DNA of 38,424 nt from Paraphysomonas bandaiensis. Its lineage: Eukaryota; Protista; Chrysophyceae. Position 1 is the stretch's first letter. Each line of letters opens with the position of its first letter. The notes below the pieces were generated by a model that had not been told where the DNA came from, made no database searches, and worked only from the letters and a program-made list of their open reading frames with translations. The stretch is from assembly GCA_965644295.1 (NCBI GenBank), contig CBFFRP010000526.1:1-38424 (forward strand), in the 5' to 3' direction. Shown piece after piece: positions 24,360 through 38,126 of this stretch. Made by a program: the position numbers and the translations under genes.

Positions 24360-25584
24360 ATATATATATTGAAAGTCTTTTTATTTAGCAATAGGCGTTA
24401 AAAACCTGTACCAATATAGTGGCTAGTTGAATGCTAGACATACTAGTTAGACCTCTACCCATAACTAATCAGCACAAATCACAAATTCCATTATCCTACT
24501 ATTTAACGCTACAGAAGCTGCTTGTGCGTCGCCGCAAGCACCAAGGTGCGACCACTTCCGTTCTTGATGTTGATTGCGAGTTGTGACCACGTGGCATCTC
24601 GCGTGCCCTACTTACGTGGCTATAGTGCGTTACTACAAGTGATGCTTCAAGACTACAATGTTGTGCTTGGAAGCGCAGAGCGCGACTAACTATTAATAAC
24701 GCATTCATCAGCAGACAACAAATAATCACTCATATTATTATTATTCATAGCAAAACAAAGAAGTAAAGAACTCGTTCCACGATGACTAAAGCCTCAAGCT
24801 TCTCTCATACCTGAACCAGTACTCTGACTGCAGCTCTTCAGCATTGAATAGGACTCCTAGCATGGCAACCCAGCCTCAGCGACCAGTATGTCAGAGACAG
24901 GCCATGCAGACCCTTACACCCGCATCGGAAGTATTGCACAGACCCTGCATACACTGGTCACGGGTAGAAAGTGCATCCAGAGACCATTACCTCCATTTGT
25001 GGGTATACGTGGGTGGACTGCCTCTAGTAGTAGGCTCCCAGGAGGGGGGAGTGTGCTCTGGGCCTGGTTCACCATGCGCTTCATAGGAACTGAAGCCGGT
25101 AAACACCCTCCTGCTCCATCGCTAACAAGCTCCAACCAGCTTGCGCTTAATCTTCCCTTACGGACCATACTGGTCTGCACAGCCTCCTTATGCTCCTTGT
25201 TGGGGGGTTCGCTGCCTCATTGAGATGCTGCAACATGCGCTTATCGAGGTCGTTAGGAGAGACTGCAATGTGAATTATGGTCTACTGGACTCACATGCGA
25301 CCCTTCGAGAGTCTGTCGGGGGCTCCAGCTGCCTGTGCGAGCAACACTGAGTGATCTTGCCATACTAACATACACACTCGACTTCAGGTGAAAAAGTCAT
25401 AAAAATAGATGATTTTATGTCTATTTTTAAGAATATACCACTTTTTCAATATTTGGGTATAAATACTATGTTTTTTATATAAAAAGCCCCCATTCTGAGG
25501 TGTCTGTTGTTCATACTGCTGTACGTACTCAGTGCTTGCTGTTGATCCATCTGAAGATCGTATTCCGGTATTTGTTCCACTAGT

Positions 25585-28500
25585 ATGAGATGGACTCTTA
25601 GTTCCACCACACGACAGTCCCTCGTATGCATCACAAGATGCCCTCATGTGTGTATGTATATGAATCCACTCATTCTCTGTGTGTTTGTGTCTCAGATAAC
25701 ACTCACAGTTGCCTCAGTAGCCTCTCAAGAGTCAGCGCTGTGTGACTTCATTCAGGCGACTGATGTTACCTCCGCATGGTCTGAGTGGACCTGTGCGGAT
25801 GTGGGGAACAAGTGCAGCTTCAGAGGAGTCACCTGCACAGGATCGAACATAACCAGAGTGGACTTATCTGATGATGGAATATCAGGATCTCTCCCCTCAT
25901 CTATCGGTGATCTGACTGCACTGACATATTTGAATATTGCTTCCAACTCTCTCAACGGTACACTCCCCTCATCACTGGGTCAGCTAACTTCTCTTAGTAA
26001 TCTCGATCTATATTCCAATTCCTTAACGGGTACACTCCCCTCATCACTGGGTCAGATGACTTCTCTTAGTGTTCTCGATCTATATTCCAATTCCTTAACG
26101 GGTACACTCCCCTCATCACTGGGTCAGATGACTTCTCTTAGTAATCTCTATCTACATTATAATTCCTTAACGGGTACTCTCCCCTCATCTATCAGCGATA
26201 TGACTGCATTGACATATTTGCATATTGGTCACAACTCTCTAATCGGTACACTCCCCTCATCATTGGGTCAGATGACTTCTCTTAGTAATCTCTATCTATA
26301 TTATAATTCCTTAACGGGTTCTCTCCCCTCATCACTGGGTCAGATGACTTCTCTTAGTGTTCTCGATCTATATTCCAATTCCTTAACGGGTCCTCTCCCG
26401 CCATCAATCAGCGATATGACTGCATTGACATATTTGAGTATTGGTTCCAACTCTCTAATCGGTACACTCCCCTCATCATTGGGTCAGATGACTTCTCTTA
26501 GTAATCTCTATCTACATTATAATTCCTTTACGGGTACTCTCCCCTCATCTATCAGCGATATGACTGCATTGACATATTTGCATATTGGTCACAACTCTCT
26601 AATCGGTACACTCCCCTCATCATTGGGTCAGATGACTTCTCTTAGTTATCTAAGTCTAGATGGCAATTCCTTAACGGGTCCTCTCCCCTCATCTATCAGT
26701 GACATGACTGCATTGACATATTTGCATATTGGTTACAACTCTCTCTACGGTACACTCCCCTCATCACTGGGTCAGATGACTTCTCTTAGTTATCTCCGTC
26801 TATATTATAATTCCTTAACGGGTTCTCTCCCCTCATCTATCAGTGATATGACTGCATTGACATATTTGCATATTGGTTACAACTCTCTCTACGGTAGTCT
26901 CCCCTCATCACTGGGTCAGATGACTTCTCTTAGTTATCTCGATCTACATTATAATTCCTTAACGGGTCCTCTCCCCTCATCTATCAGTGATATGACTGCA
27001 TTGACATATTTGCATATTGGTTACAACTCTCTCAACGGTACTCTCCCCTCATCACTGGGTCAGATGACTTCTCTTCGTGAACTCTATCTATATGACAATT
27101 CCTTAACGGGTCCTCTCCCCGACTCTTTTTCCAGTCTAACTAAATTACGAATTCTAGGGGGTCAGAACAATATGTTCACAGGTGTCTACCCTTCCGAGCT
27201 ATGCACAATGACTCAATTAACAACATTCTACCTCACACAAACCAGTTACCATGAATGCTTGAGACCCACATCAGCCCCGACCCCTTTCCCTTCCGCACAA
27301 CCGACAAATAACTTGGAAGAGGCAGCGCTGTGTGACTTCATTCAGGCGACTGATGTTACCTCCGTATGGTCTGAGTGGACCTGTGCGGATGTGGGGAACA
27401 AGTGCAGCTTCACTGGAGTCACCTGCACAGGATCGAACATAGCCGGAGTGGACTTATATGATGATCATATATATGGATCTCTCCCCTCATCTATCGGTGA
27501 TCTGACTGCATTGACATATTTGAGTATTGGTTCCAACTCTCTAATCGGTACACTCCCCTCATCATTGGGTCAGATGACTTCTCTTAGTAATCTCTATCTA
27601 CATTATAATTCCTTAACGGGTTCTCTCCCCTCATCACTGGGTCAGATGACTTCTCTTAGTTATATCTATCTATCTTCCAATTCCTTAACGGGTCCTCTCC
27701 CCTCATCTATCAGCGATATGACTGCATTGACATATTTGCATATTGGTGACAACTCTCTCATCGGTACGCTCCCCTCATCACTGGGTCAGATGACTTCTCT
27801 TAGTTATCTCGGTCTATATGACAATTCCTTAACGGGTCCTCTCCCCTCATCACTGGGTCAGATGACTTCTCTTAGTGTTCTCAATCTACGTGACAATTCC
27901 GTAACGGGTCCTCTCCCCTCATCACTAGGTCAGATGACTTCTCTTAGTTATCTCTATCTAAATTCCAATTCCTTAACGGGTCCTCTCCCCGACTCTCTTT
28001 CCAGTCTAACTAAATTACGATTTCTAAGGGGTGATGGCAATATGTTCACAGGTGTCTACCCTTCCGAGCTATGCACAATGACTCAATTAACAACATTCTA
28101 CCTCACACAAACCAGTTACCATGAATGCTTGAGACCCACATCAGCCCCGACCCCTTTCCCTTCCGCACAACCGACAAATAACTTGGAAGAGGCAGCGCTG
28201 TGTGACTTCATTCAGGCGACTGATGTTACCTCCGTATGGTCTGAGTGGACCTGTGCGGATGTGGGGAACAAGTGCAGCTTCACTGGAGTCACCTGCACAG
28301 GATCGAACATAACCAGAGTGGACTTATATAGTGATCATATATATGGATCTCTCCCCTCATCTATCAGTGATATGACTGCATTGACATATTTGAGTATTGC
28401 TTACAACTCTCTCCACGGTACACTCCCCTCATCACTGAGTCAGATGACTTCTCTTCGTGATCTGTATCTATCTTCCAATTCCTTAACGGGTCCTCTCCCC

Positions 28501-31500
28501 TCATCTATCAGCGATATGACCGCATTGACATATTTGCATATTGGTTGGAACTCTCTCATCGGTACACTCCCCTCATCACTGGGTCAGATGACTTCTCTTA
28601 GTTATCTCGATCTATATTCCAATTCCTTAACGGGTCCTCTCCCCTCATCTATCAGTGATATGACCGCATTGAGATATTTGAGTATTGGTTGGAACTCTCT
28701 CAACGGTACACTCCCCTCATCACTGAGTCAGCTGACTTCTCTTAGTTCTCTCTACCTATATTCCAATTCCTTAACGGGTACACTCCCCTCATCACTGGGT
28801 CAGATGACTTCTCTTAGTTATCTCTACCTAAATTCCAACTCCTTAACGGGTCCTCTTCCCAACTCTTTTTCCAGTTTAACTAATTTACGAGTTCTAAAGG
28901 GTGATGGCAATATGTTCACAGGTGTCTACCCTTCCGAGCTATGCACAATGACTCAATTAACAACATTCTACCTCACACAAACCAGTTACCATGAATGCTT
29001 GAGACCCACATCAGCCCCGACCCCTTTCCCTACAGGACAACCATCTGGTCCTACAGGACAACCATCTGGTCCTACAGGACAACCAACTGGTCAACCTAGT
29101 GGACAACCATCTACCGAACCAACAGGACAGCCATCTGGCCAACCTAGTGGACAACCATCTGGGATCCCTACTGGGCAGCCATCATGCCAACCTAGTGAAC
29201 CGCCATCTGGTGAACCGACAGGACAGCCATCTCATCAACCTAGTGGACAACCATCTGGGATCCCTACTGGGCAGCCATCATGCCAACCTAGTGGACAACC
29301 ATCATGTCAACCCACAGGTGAGCCATCTGTGATCCCTACTGGACAGCCATCTGGTCAACCCAGTGGACAACCATCTGGTCAACCTAGTGGACAGCCATCT
29401 TGTGAACCCACAGGACAACCATCTGGCCAACCTAGTGTACTGCCATCAAGCGAACCAACAGGGCAGCCATCTGGTCAACCTAGTGGACCGCCATCTGGGC
29501 AACCTAGTGGACCGCCATCTGGGCAACCTACGGGGCAGCCATCATGCCAACCTAGTGGACAACCATCTGGCCTACCTAGTGAACCGCCATCTCGTGAACC
29601 CACAGGACAGCCATCTGGGATCCCTACTGGACAGCCATCTAGTGAACCCACAGGTGAGCCATCTGGTCAACCTAGTGCACAGCCATCAATCGAACCGACA
29701 GGACAGCCATCATGCCAACCCAGTGGACAACCATCTAGGATCCCTACTGGACAGCCATCATGCCAACCTAGTGAACCGCCATCTGGTGAACCTAGTGGAC
29801 AGCCATCTCGTCAACCTAGTGGACAACCATCTGGGATCCCTACTGGGCAGCCATCATGCCAACCCACAGGTGAGCCATCTGGTCAACCTAGTGGACAACC
29901 ATCTGGGATCCCTACTGGGCAGCCATCTGATGAACCTAGTGGAAAACCATCTGGTCAACCTAGTGGACCGCCATCTGGGCAACCTACGGGGCAGCCATCA
30001 TGCCAACCTAGTGGACAACCATCTGGCCTACCTAGTGGACCGCCATCTTATGAACCCACAGGACAGCCATCTAGTGAACCCACAGGTGAGCCATCTGGTC
30101 AACCTAGTGGACAACCATCTACCGAACCGACAGGACAGCCATCATGCCAACCCAGTGGACAACCATCTAGGATCCCTACTGGACAGCCATCTGGGATCCC
30201 TACAGAACAGCCATCATGCCAACCTACTGAACCGCCATCTCGTCAACCTAGTGAACAGCCATCTGGGATCCCTACTGGGCAGCCATCATGCCAACCCACA
30301 GGTGAGCCATCTGGTCAACCTACGGGGCAGCCATCATGCCAACCTAGTGGACAACCATCTGGCCTACCTAGTGAACCGCCATCTTTTGAACCCACAGGAC
30401 AGCCATCTGGGATCCCTACTGGACAGCCATCTAGTGAACCCACAGGTGAGCCATCTGGTCAACCTAGTGCACAGCCATCAATCGAACCGACAGGACAGCC
30501 ATCATGCCAACCCAGTGGACAACCATCTAGGATCTCTACTGGACAGCCATCTGGGATCCCTACTGGGCAGCCATCATGTCAACCCACAGGTGAGCCATCT
30601 CGTCAACCTAGTGGGCAGCCGTCAAGTGTACCAACAGGGCAACCATCTTGGATTTCTTCTAGATTACCATCAGAACAACCTATAGCACAGCCATCTCGGA
30701 TTCCAACACTACCGTCATCAAGTCAACCATCTCGAATACCCACAGGACAGCCATTTGGTGAACCAACAGCACCACCATTTGTCCAACCTACTGCACTGCC
30801 ATCTGGACAACTACATTCGATTTTTCCATCGACGCATGCTCCTTCAGTTGCACGTTTACCTGAGATATTACATATGGACTGGACTGTGTATCGAGATCGC
30901 GTTACACTTTCAATTCAGCTCTCTAACAGAGGCTATGTGTATTGTGCAAGCTTTGAATCTATGGTAATCGTCGACTCTGTAAATTCTGTAATTTCTACAA
31001 ACAATTTTGACTACGTGGACGATGCTTCTGTTAACGCCTCAATCACAATAACATCTCTAACACCGTCCACGAATTACACACTCTATTGTGTCACGCAAAA
31101 CAATCACCTGTTAGCTCCCTCGTATGAAGAAATGCTCTCGAATGCAGTCGTTTGGGAAACTCTCTGTTGTAAGAGCATATTTGTGGATTTGAATATGTTT
31201 GTACTGCAAGAAAATAGTGTGGGCTGGAATATGGTTGTAGTAACCCTTTCGGCAGCTCCGTCATCCAGCAGTGATATGTGGATATCTGCTGGGGTGTCAA
31301 ACAGCAGTGGTTCGTACACTGTATCCCCCTTTCTGGATGACATTGTGACTGTTACACGTTCCTCATGGTCGAAGACACATTACTTCACTGTCGCCAACTG
31401 TGCGCCGGGACTGTACACACTACAGGTGACTATGATGGATTTTGCAGTGCAGCAGGAGTATGATGTAATCTTCCGAAGTGGGCAGTCGTTCACTGTAGAG

Positions 31501-34500
31501 CCCTCTGAAGTAGAACCCAGCACCCCGCGTTTAATGTCAGCGCAGTTCTCAAAGAGTGGTGAGTCCGCTGTCCTGAAATTTGATTCGCCTACAGACAAGG
31601 CGCAGTATTCCTCATATTTCAAGTGCTCTCGTCTCCTGGATGTAGCTGGGGCCTTATCGTCGGACTGCCTTTGGACCTCGGCCACCACACTTACTGTGTA
31701 TTTCAAAGGACCTCTTCTACCTGAAGTGGGTGATAGTGTGGTGCTACTGCGGGGTAAACTGAGAGCTCAATGCACCTCCACATCGTCAGAGTGTACTGGC
31801 TGGGCTACTGTGAACAGGACAGAGATGGTTTTAGCTGCCCCCTACGACCCCATCTCACCCACCCTCGTTGTGACACACCCAAAAGTCTCCGGTCCCTGCG
31901 ACAGACCTGTGATCGATATTACTGCCTCCTCTGGTTCGGGTGGTCGACCATGGAAACACTTCAACATCACTGTGACCAGTTTTAGCGATACCGTCCATAC
32001 AGTTCAGGAATGGCTTATAGAGAATTACGTGATTAGCCCACCACCTGCAATGCCAGCGCAATTATTTCAAGGTGGTTATAGGTACATTTTTGAGCTATGG
32101 CTGTGCAATTTTTTCGGTGAATGCAGCTCTGCCATAGCTATCATAAAAACCGTAAATGATATTCTGCCGTATGTTTCTATGGTGGGACAACTCTCTCGAC
32201 AGATATTCACTTACACTCCTCTGGTACTGCAGTCTAATGCTTTTCTAACTGAATGCGACGGTTCTGCATCGTATTCCAACTTAATCTATGATTGGAAAAT
32301 ATTCGAGGATGAAGTGGAGCACTTTGAGTTAGTGTCGTTGTCGAGTGACCCGAGAAAATTTAAGTTGCTACCTTATTCTTTTAACGTAAGTTCTGTTTAC
32401 GAAATAAAGTTATCTGTGACAAACTCTCTGTCGGGGCTGTCCTCATCCACAGTTGTATACGTGTCAGTAGTTCAGTCCGATATTGTGGCAATCATTGAGG
32501 GAGGATCACAGCAATCATTGCGAATCGGCGGAAGTGTGTTATTGGATGCATCTGGCAGTTATGATAAAAATATTCCACCCGAATTACGCCCTCCAGCTGA
32601 GAGCAGTGGGTTTGAATTCCGCTGGACTTGTATGCAGTTGTTTCCAGCTCTCCTTCTGCGGTGTGATGATTTGAATATACAATCAAATGCTATCACAACT
32701 CCACATTTACTTCATATATTTACAACGAATAAGACAAAGGAGCACTCGGAGTATTCGATAAGTGTGGAAGTGCTTAGTGTTGCTGACGGCAGGCAAGCGG
32801 AGAGCTCAGTGGTTGTGCGAGTGACTGAAGCATTGGCTCCGATTGTGTCTATAAGGAGAAGCGGAGCAGCGAATGGTGTCAACCCTTTGTCTTCTCTGGT
32901 TTTGCTGGGAACTGCGCAATTAAGTGTGGCCCAATCAGCATTTTGGGCTATCAACGAGCCATCTGTTGATCTGGCTTCTATCACATCTACGGCAACGTAT
33001 GTATTACTAGCAAAAGGGCTACAGTCAGTCAATTTGGTTGTTAGTGCCGGCTCTATTCCTGGTCGGTCGGTTCCCTATGTATTTTCACTTACCTGTGGCT
33101 CGTCCACAGTATCATTGACAGTGATGTTTAATACTCCTCCTCAGCCTGGTCTACTTTCAGTGTTCCCTCCCTCAGGTATAGCGTGGGATACAGTCTTTAC
33201 GCTCATTGCGGAGTCTTGGTCTGATGAAGACTTGCCATTGTTCTATGTAATGGGTTATGTGGAGGATGGCCACTATCCGATTGTGAGAAGTCGGTTGGAG
33301 ATGTCTTATGCCAGCTCCACATTTCCACCTGGGGACAGTATGAATGGATACACATTGTTGTGTTATGTTCGTGTGCTGGATAGTTTGGATGCAGCTTCTC
33401 GGTTGCAGACGTCAGTTGTGGTTCGTTCTAATACAGCCCTCTCGACAACTTTAGCACGTGAGAAGTTTCGATTGGAACTAGAATCGAGTGGAAACAATAT
33501 TGAGTTGACGAAGCAAATCCTCTCATTGTCCAGTTCTTATCTGAATACCAAGAACTGCTCCTCAGCACCCAACTGTACCACTCTGAACCGTCATGAGTGT
33601 TTTAGTGTTGATCATACATGTGGATCATGCTTGGCTGGGTATGTAGGAGAAGAGGGTGCATCTAACCATGGTTGTGTACCTGAAAGCGATATGTTAACAC
33701 ATTCTCCTGGTGTGATTTGTGACACTGACTATGACTGCAGTGTATGGGAGTACTGTAAGATTACAGAGTCACCCTCCGTTTGTGATTATCTTCGGAAGAC
33801 ATGTACCGGCAACTGCTCGCATCGAGGCACTTGCATACTTCAGGACAGTGACAGCGGAGCTGCTGTGTCCGAGTGTCTATTGATTGACTCTTCATGTGAG
33901 GCGAAGTGTCTATGTGATAAAAGGATTCAGTGGTTTGTTTTGTGAGTATACAGCCGAGGAGGCGAGAGTACGCACTATTATGAGAGAAGCCAATCTGAAT
34001 GAGCTAGATGGTGTCACTAGAGTGGATGATCCAACTGTGGAGTCGATTTTGGAGTGGCAACAAATTTTAGTTACACTTACGACACAATCGAGTGAACTAT
34101 CTGAAGTGGGGGCAGAGCATGGTCTCAATATTGCTGATGCGATTTTAAGGAACTCTACACTGCTATCGGTGGACGCATATGAGGCATATTATAGTGACAC
34201 TCTGACAGCAGTAGATAGCATTGCAACTGTTTCAATGAATACTTTGTCATCCTCATTGGCCTCGTCGAGTATCACTCATCCTCACGGCAGCCTCCTCCTC
34301 AACAAGAGCTCATTCATCGCGTCCCGAGTTGCGTCCGCACTGGACACGTTTGGGTCAGGTGTAAGAAGATCTCTGATTGAGGGCCAACGCGGGAACCGGA
34401 TTTTACGAAAGTCATTTCAACAAATCACAGAAGTTTTTACCTCTTCAGTTAATAATGAAGATATTTCAATGGCAGTACCACAGTCATTTGCAAAGACGTC

Positions 34501-37500
34501 GACTGGATTACTGCCTTCGTCTCTCCAATTTCATAGAAATAGTACACGGCACCCCTCGCGGAGTTTAAAGGTTTCATTGAGTAGTATTCGGTCGAAGCTT
34601 TATGACAATGGGAATTACAATTCGGATGTGTTGCAAATGGCTATTGATGGCTCGATATACACCAACGATTCTTTCAAGATAATTATACAAAATAATAATC
34701 CTATCTACTACGGCCGAGTACACGCCAGCAATACCACATTTAACGTGACTTGTGATCATGATGTGTACACCACTCACATAGTACCCTGTCGCCCGTCAGC
34801 TGTGAACGTCGCTTGTAATGGCACTGCCGCAGAAGTAAGGCTACATTGTCCGGATATTTTCTCTGAACCTCATTGCCGAGTCTTGTCTACCAGAGGGAAC
34901 TTCAACTGCACTGTTGACTCTTATACTGCGTGGAACACCACATGCTTGTGTCGGCTCACTTCAATAGGATATCAATTCGGAGGTGATGAACTGTCATCGT
35001 ATGATACAAACCGTTCTCCCTCTCAGCGACGCGTGGATAAGACAGGACAAGAGCAGGTGATTCTGCGAGAGTCGGGGTATGTGGAGCTCGTGAGCACGTC
35101 AGAGTACGTTGCTGGCGACTTTTCTGCAACTGTTGTTCTAGCTCAGGAGTTCGATTCACCTGAGGACTTGCAAGCAGTATTGTTGGTTGTATTGTTGTTT
35201 GGGACAGTTTGGGGCATGGGATTCCTTGCAATGTGTTATATGTTGGCAACGTCAGCGTATGGTTCCAAAAGGGAGAAATTAAAATGTGCGAAAATCCCGA
35301 GTCCAGACGTGAATAGTGCTTCCCAAAATGCAATTACCACGGACTCGATGAAAATGCGACTTCATTCGTATGTAAAGGAAGTTTTCCCGGCAGTGTACAA
35401 CACAGAATCGCCGTGGAGTCGATTGTGGAGAGAGCTTAAGAGCCATCATCGTTACATAGCTTTAGTTCTCTCAAAAGATTATACGAATACAGTGAACCAA
35501 AGAATTCGAGTGTTGCTGCACCTGTTAACGACACTTTCTATGCTGATGTTTTTCCTGGCGTTGTTGTATGACTTTGAGGTATCGTTACATTAATATAGTT
35601 TTTCGTAATGCTATTGACGTTCATATAGTATCCAGAAGACAATGGAAAATGCGAGGCTCATATCACTGCCTCACAGTGCGCAACTGAGAAGTCGATGCTA
35701 GATTCGTCCCAGAAAGTGTGTCAGTGGGTTGAAGATGATGACACGGTTGGGGGATACTCGTGTGTATTTGTTAGCCCTGAGGTTACTCTGAAGGTACATA
35801 GACCCCTTTCTCCATATTAGCATTGGTCTTTACATCTCGTCTGTATGTGTTCATTAGGCTATCATGATTGCCTCTGTTATATGCTCCATCTTCAGCATGT
35901 TCGGAAATGCAATTGTCGATTTTATATTCGACATTCTAGCTGCTCCCACTGCATGCTGCTCAAGGCAAAATGCTGCTGAGCAAATAAACGGTCAGATCCA
36001 ACGGCGTGCTGCTCAATTTGGCAGACGAGTGTCAGCCATAACTACTAATTTATCTGATCAATTTAAGAGTAGTGTGGGGAGGAAGAGAAAAACGTCGTCT
36101 TTCATATCGATTGAATCCACCACACGTCACCTGCCATATTCTTGTATTGCTGCCCAGCAGTTGGCACTATCTTCGCTTGGCAGTATCGTCGCAGAAGTAA
36201 ATCCATCCTTACAAATCATTGAACGTCGTTCCAGTCGTAGTCAGCGCATCAGCAGAAATACGGGTACACCTCACCCACATTCGAGTAGTTTTCAGTCCTA
36301 TTACGGCCCCTGTCCCGTAAGCCGGCGGTCCGAGGGAGTGGATATAGTGGCAGCAATTCCGTCGACCATTCTGTCCATCTCAACGGATGATTTATATATA
36401 GACCTGTGCATTGATATTGCGGAGCAAATGAGATGCCTAAGAACCACTAGACAAAAGGATGCGTTTATGATGGCCTGGTGGTATGTGTATAATGTGATGT
36501 TCTTCATTTTGTTGCGTTTAATGTGTTTCTTGCAGCTTAGGAAGTAATGATCAATTCAAGCCAGAGTATGCGAGTATTATTGAGAAAACACTGAAGGAAC
36601 ACCTTGCCTTTGTAAAAAAGGAAGTGGCTCTCAAGCGGAATAAATTGAATCAAATTGAAGACATATATATTGGTCTGGAGCTGCTCCACATGTTTGTGCT
36701 GGATGTCCTCGGTAGAGGTAAAAAGCGTTCTTATGTTGTATATGTGATATTCCAATCTTCACCGCAATAAATATACTTACCTACTTGGTGTTTGTAGCGT
36801 CACCGGCAGCCAAAATATTTGAGACGAAATCAGAGGAAGAGTGAGTTGACTAATAATGATACACTAATAAACCACTGCTGATATCTCATATTTGCTGTGT
36901 TGTGGTTTTGCAGATTTCGCCACACCTACGTTGTTTCAAAGTTTCTAAAAGGCATAATGTGGGCTTTGGTTGTGCTGTTGAATCTCTGCTTTATTTTTTA
37001 CTCTATGTTACGAGGTCTGCAACGAGGACTCAAGTGGCAGATGATGTTTCTTTTTGCATGCATACTGCAATTTCTATTTGAGATTTTGCTGTATGAGTCG
37101 TCTGAAGTTGCCATAATTCATTTTGTCATTCCAAGTTTAGTCCGGTATGAAGTCATGGCTGGTCAAACTGCACTCTACAATGCAATTGAAAGTATCAGCA
37201 ATAGGTCAGAAGAAACGAACGATCTGATACTTGATACGCCTCAGTATACGTTTGTATCCGTAAATGTTGCTAAATTTTTCCCGTATCAATTGGAGAGCGC
37301 AATTGTGCGGTCCTATCACAGCCTTTATCCGGGTGCAGTGGCTAAGAATTGGAAAGACAGAAGTGAATTTTACTATAGAAGTGGTGCAGTGGTACCTTCA
37401 GGTCGAACGTATTCGAGACGTTTCTCTGTGATAGCTCTGTTATCTCTCTTGATTCAACAACTCGGCGCAGTGAGCAGCACTTGGCAGCGCATGATCATTC

Positions 37501-38126
37501 ATCTTCTCCAGCCACTCTTTGCAGTATCTCTGATCATGATGTGGCAATATATGTGGAATCATCCCATATACTTCATTGTTCTGCTGCTACTTGTAGTGTA
37601 TGTCGGATACCAATATCTCTCCGCGTGGAAAAATCAAGCTGAAGAGGGAATTTCGAATAAAGTTGGTCAATGCCCAGCATTAGTGTCACCTGCTCCTTCT
37701 TGTGTTCCTGGAGAGGAGGGAACTCAGCATCTGAATACGGATAGTGCTCATGTAGCCACGGAAGAGGGACACAGTCCCCGTCACCTCTCCAGCAGTGACC
37801 CTACTATCCATCAGCAGCGACGCATGAATGATTTCCCCTCCATTGTAGAAGTGGGGCCCGATACCACCATCGACCCACTTCTACCAGCAACTGAACTTGA
37901 TCTCATTGCTGCTGCTGACACAGATGCCGAAGATGCCGCTGCTGTTTCAAATTCTTCATATGGCGATTCCAGTAATTTTCGACCTGCTGAGAAAACCAGT
38001 CTCACACTTCAACACAATACCGCACCCGATGGTTCCAGTGCTGTGAGTAATGTTTCGCATCTGCTAGATATGGATTTCTCCTCTGATAGTGAGCTCGAAT
38101 GGCCTGACATATTCAAAGAAGTGTAA
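25585..38126 (+). CDS. Giant LRR / PT-stalk / PKD-REJ / EGF / GPS-like / multi-TM surface receptor (polycystin-1/adhesion-receptor-like architecture), one apparent frameshift
   Basis: ORF 25585-33945 joins ORF 33884-35593 if one A is removed at 33919-33922. Predicted introns that keep the frame: 35579-35628, 35794-35857, 36481-36535, 36718-36797, 36841-36913; stop 38124-38126. The start is ambiguous: an in-frame 72-nt intron 25624-25695 is possible, or a start at MNPLILCVFVSQITLTVASVAS (signal-peptide-like). Confidence 0.85.
25735..29025 (+). repeat. Three tandem LRR modules (Cys N-cap + 18, 8 and 8 72-nt plant-type LRR units + C-cap)
   Basis: N-cap ALCDFIQATDVTS.WSEWTCADVGNKCSF.GVTC at ~25735, 27325 and 28195; 24-aa LxxLxLxxNSLxGxLPSS units. 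GxLP-to-GVYP spans are 25885-27181 (18x72), 27475-28051 and 28345-28921 (8x72 each). Confidence 0.95.
29026..30840 (+). repeat. Coding 12-nt repeat: P-[ST]-x-[QEI] (PT-repeat / mucin-like stalk), ~600 aa
   Basis: PTGQPSGQPSCQPSGEPT... tetrapeptide periodicity with longer internal duplications. Confidence 0.95.
32160..33430 (+). other. PKD/REJ-like domain within the receptor
   Basis: Motifs VAIIEGG...VLLDASGSYD...FRWTC and NTPPQPGLLSVFPPSGIAWDTVFTLIAESWSDEDLPLFY resemble REJ-domain consensus; recognised by eye, not by HMM. Confidence 0.75.
34868..34963 (+). other. GPS-like motif preceding the first TM helix
   Basis: PHCRVL...NCTVDSYTAWNTTCLCRLTS fits the C..C......T.C.C.L[TS] pattern; the hydrophobic helix AVLLVVLLFGTVWGMGFLAMCYML follows at ~35174-35245. 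Confidence 0.6.

Noticed and set aside
24780-25380. GC-richer stretch with several short ORFs on both strands
   Set aside because: Possibly a decayed gene or TE, but I found no recognisable motif, so no call is supportable.
29099-30685. Overlapping ORFs rich in NL/VDNH/DSH (440 aa and 77 aa)
   Set aside because: Alternative-frame read of the 12-nt PT/PS coding repeat.
31091-35333. Short antisense and alternate-frame ORFs inside the receptor gene
   Set aside because: Shadow ORFs of a long coding region with no independent motifs.
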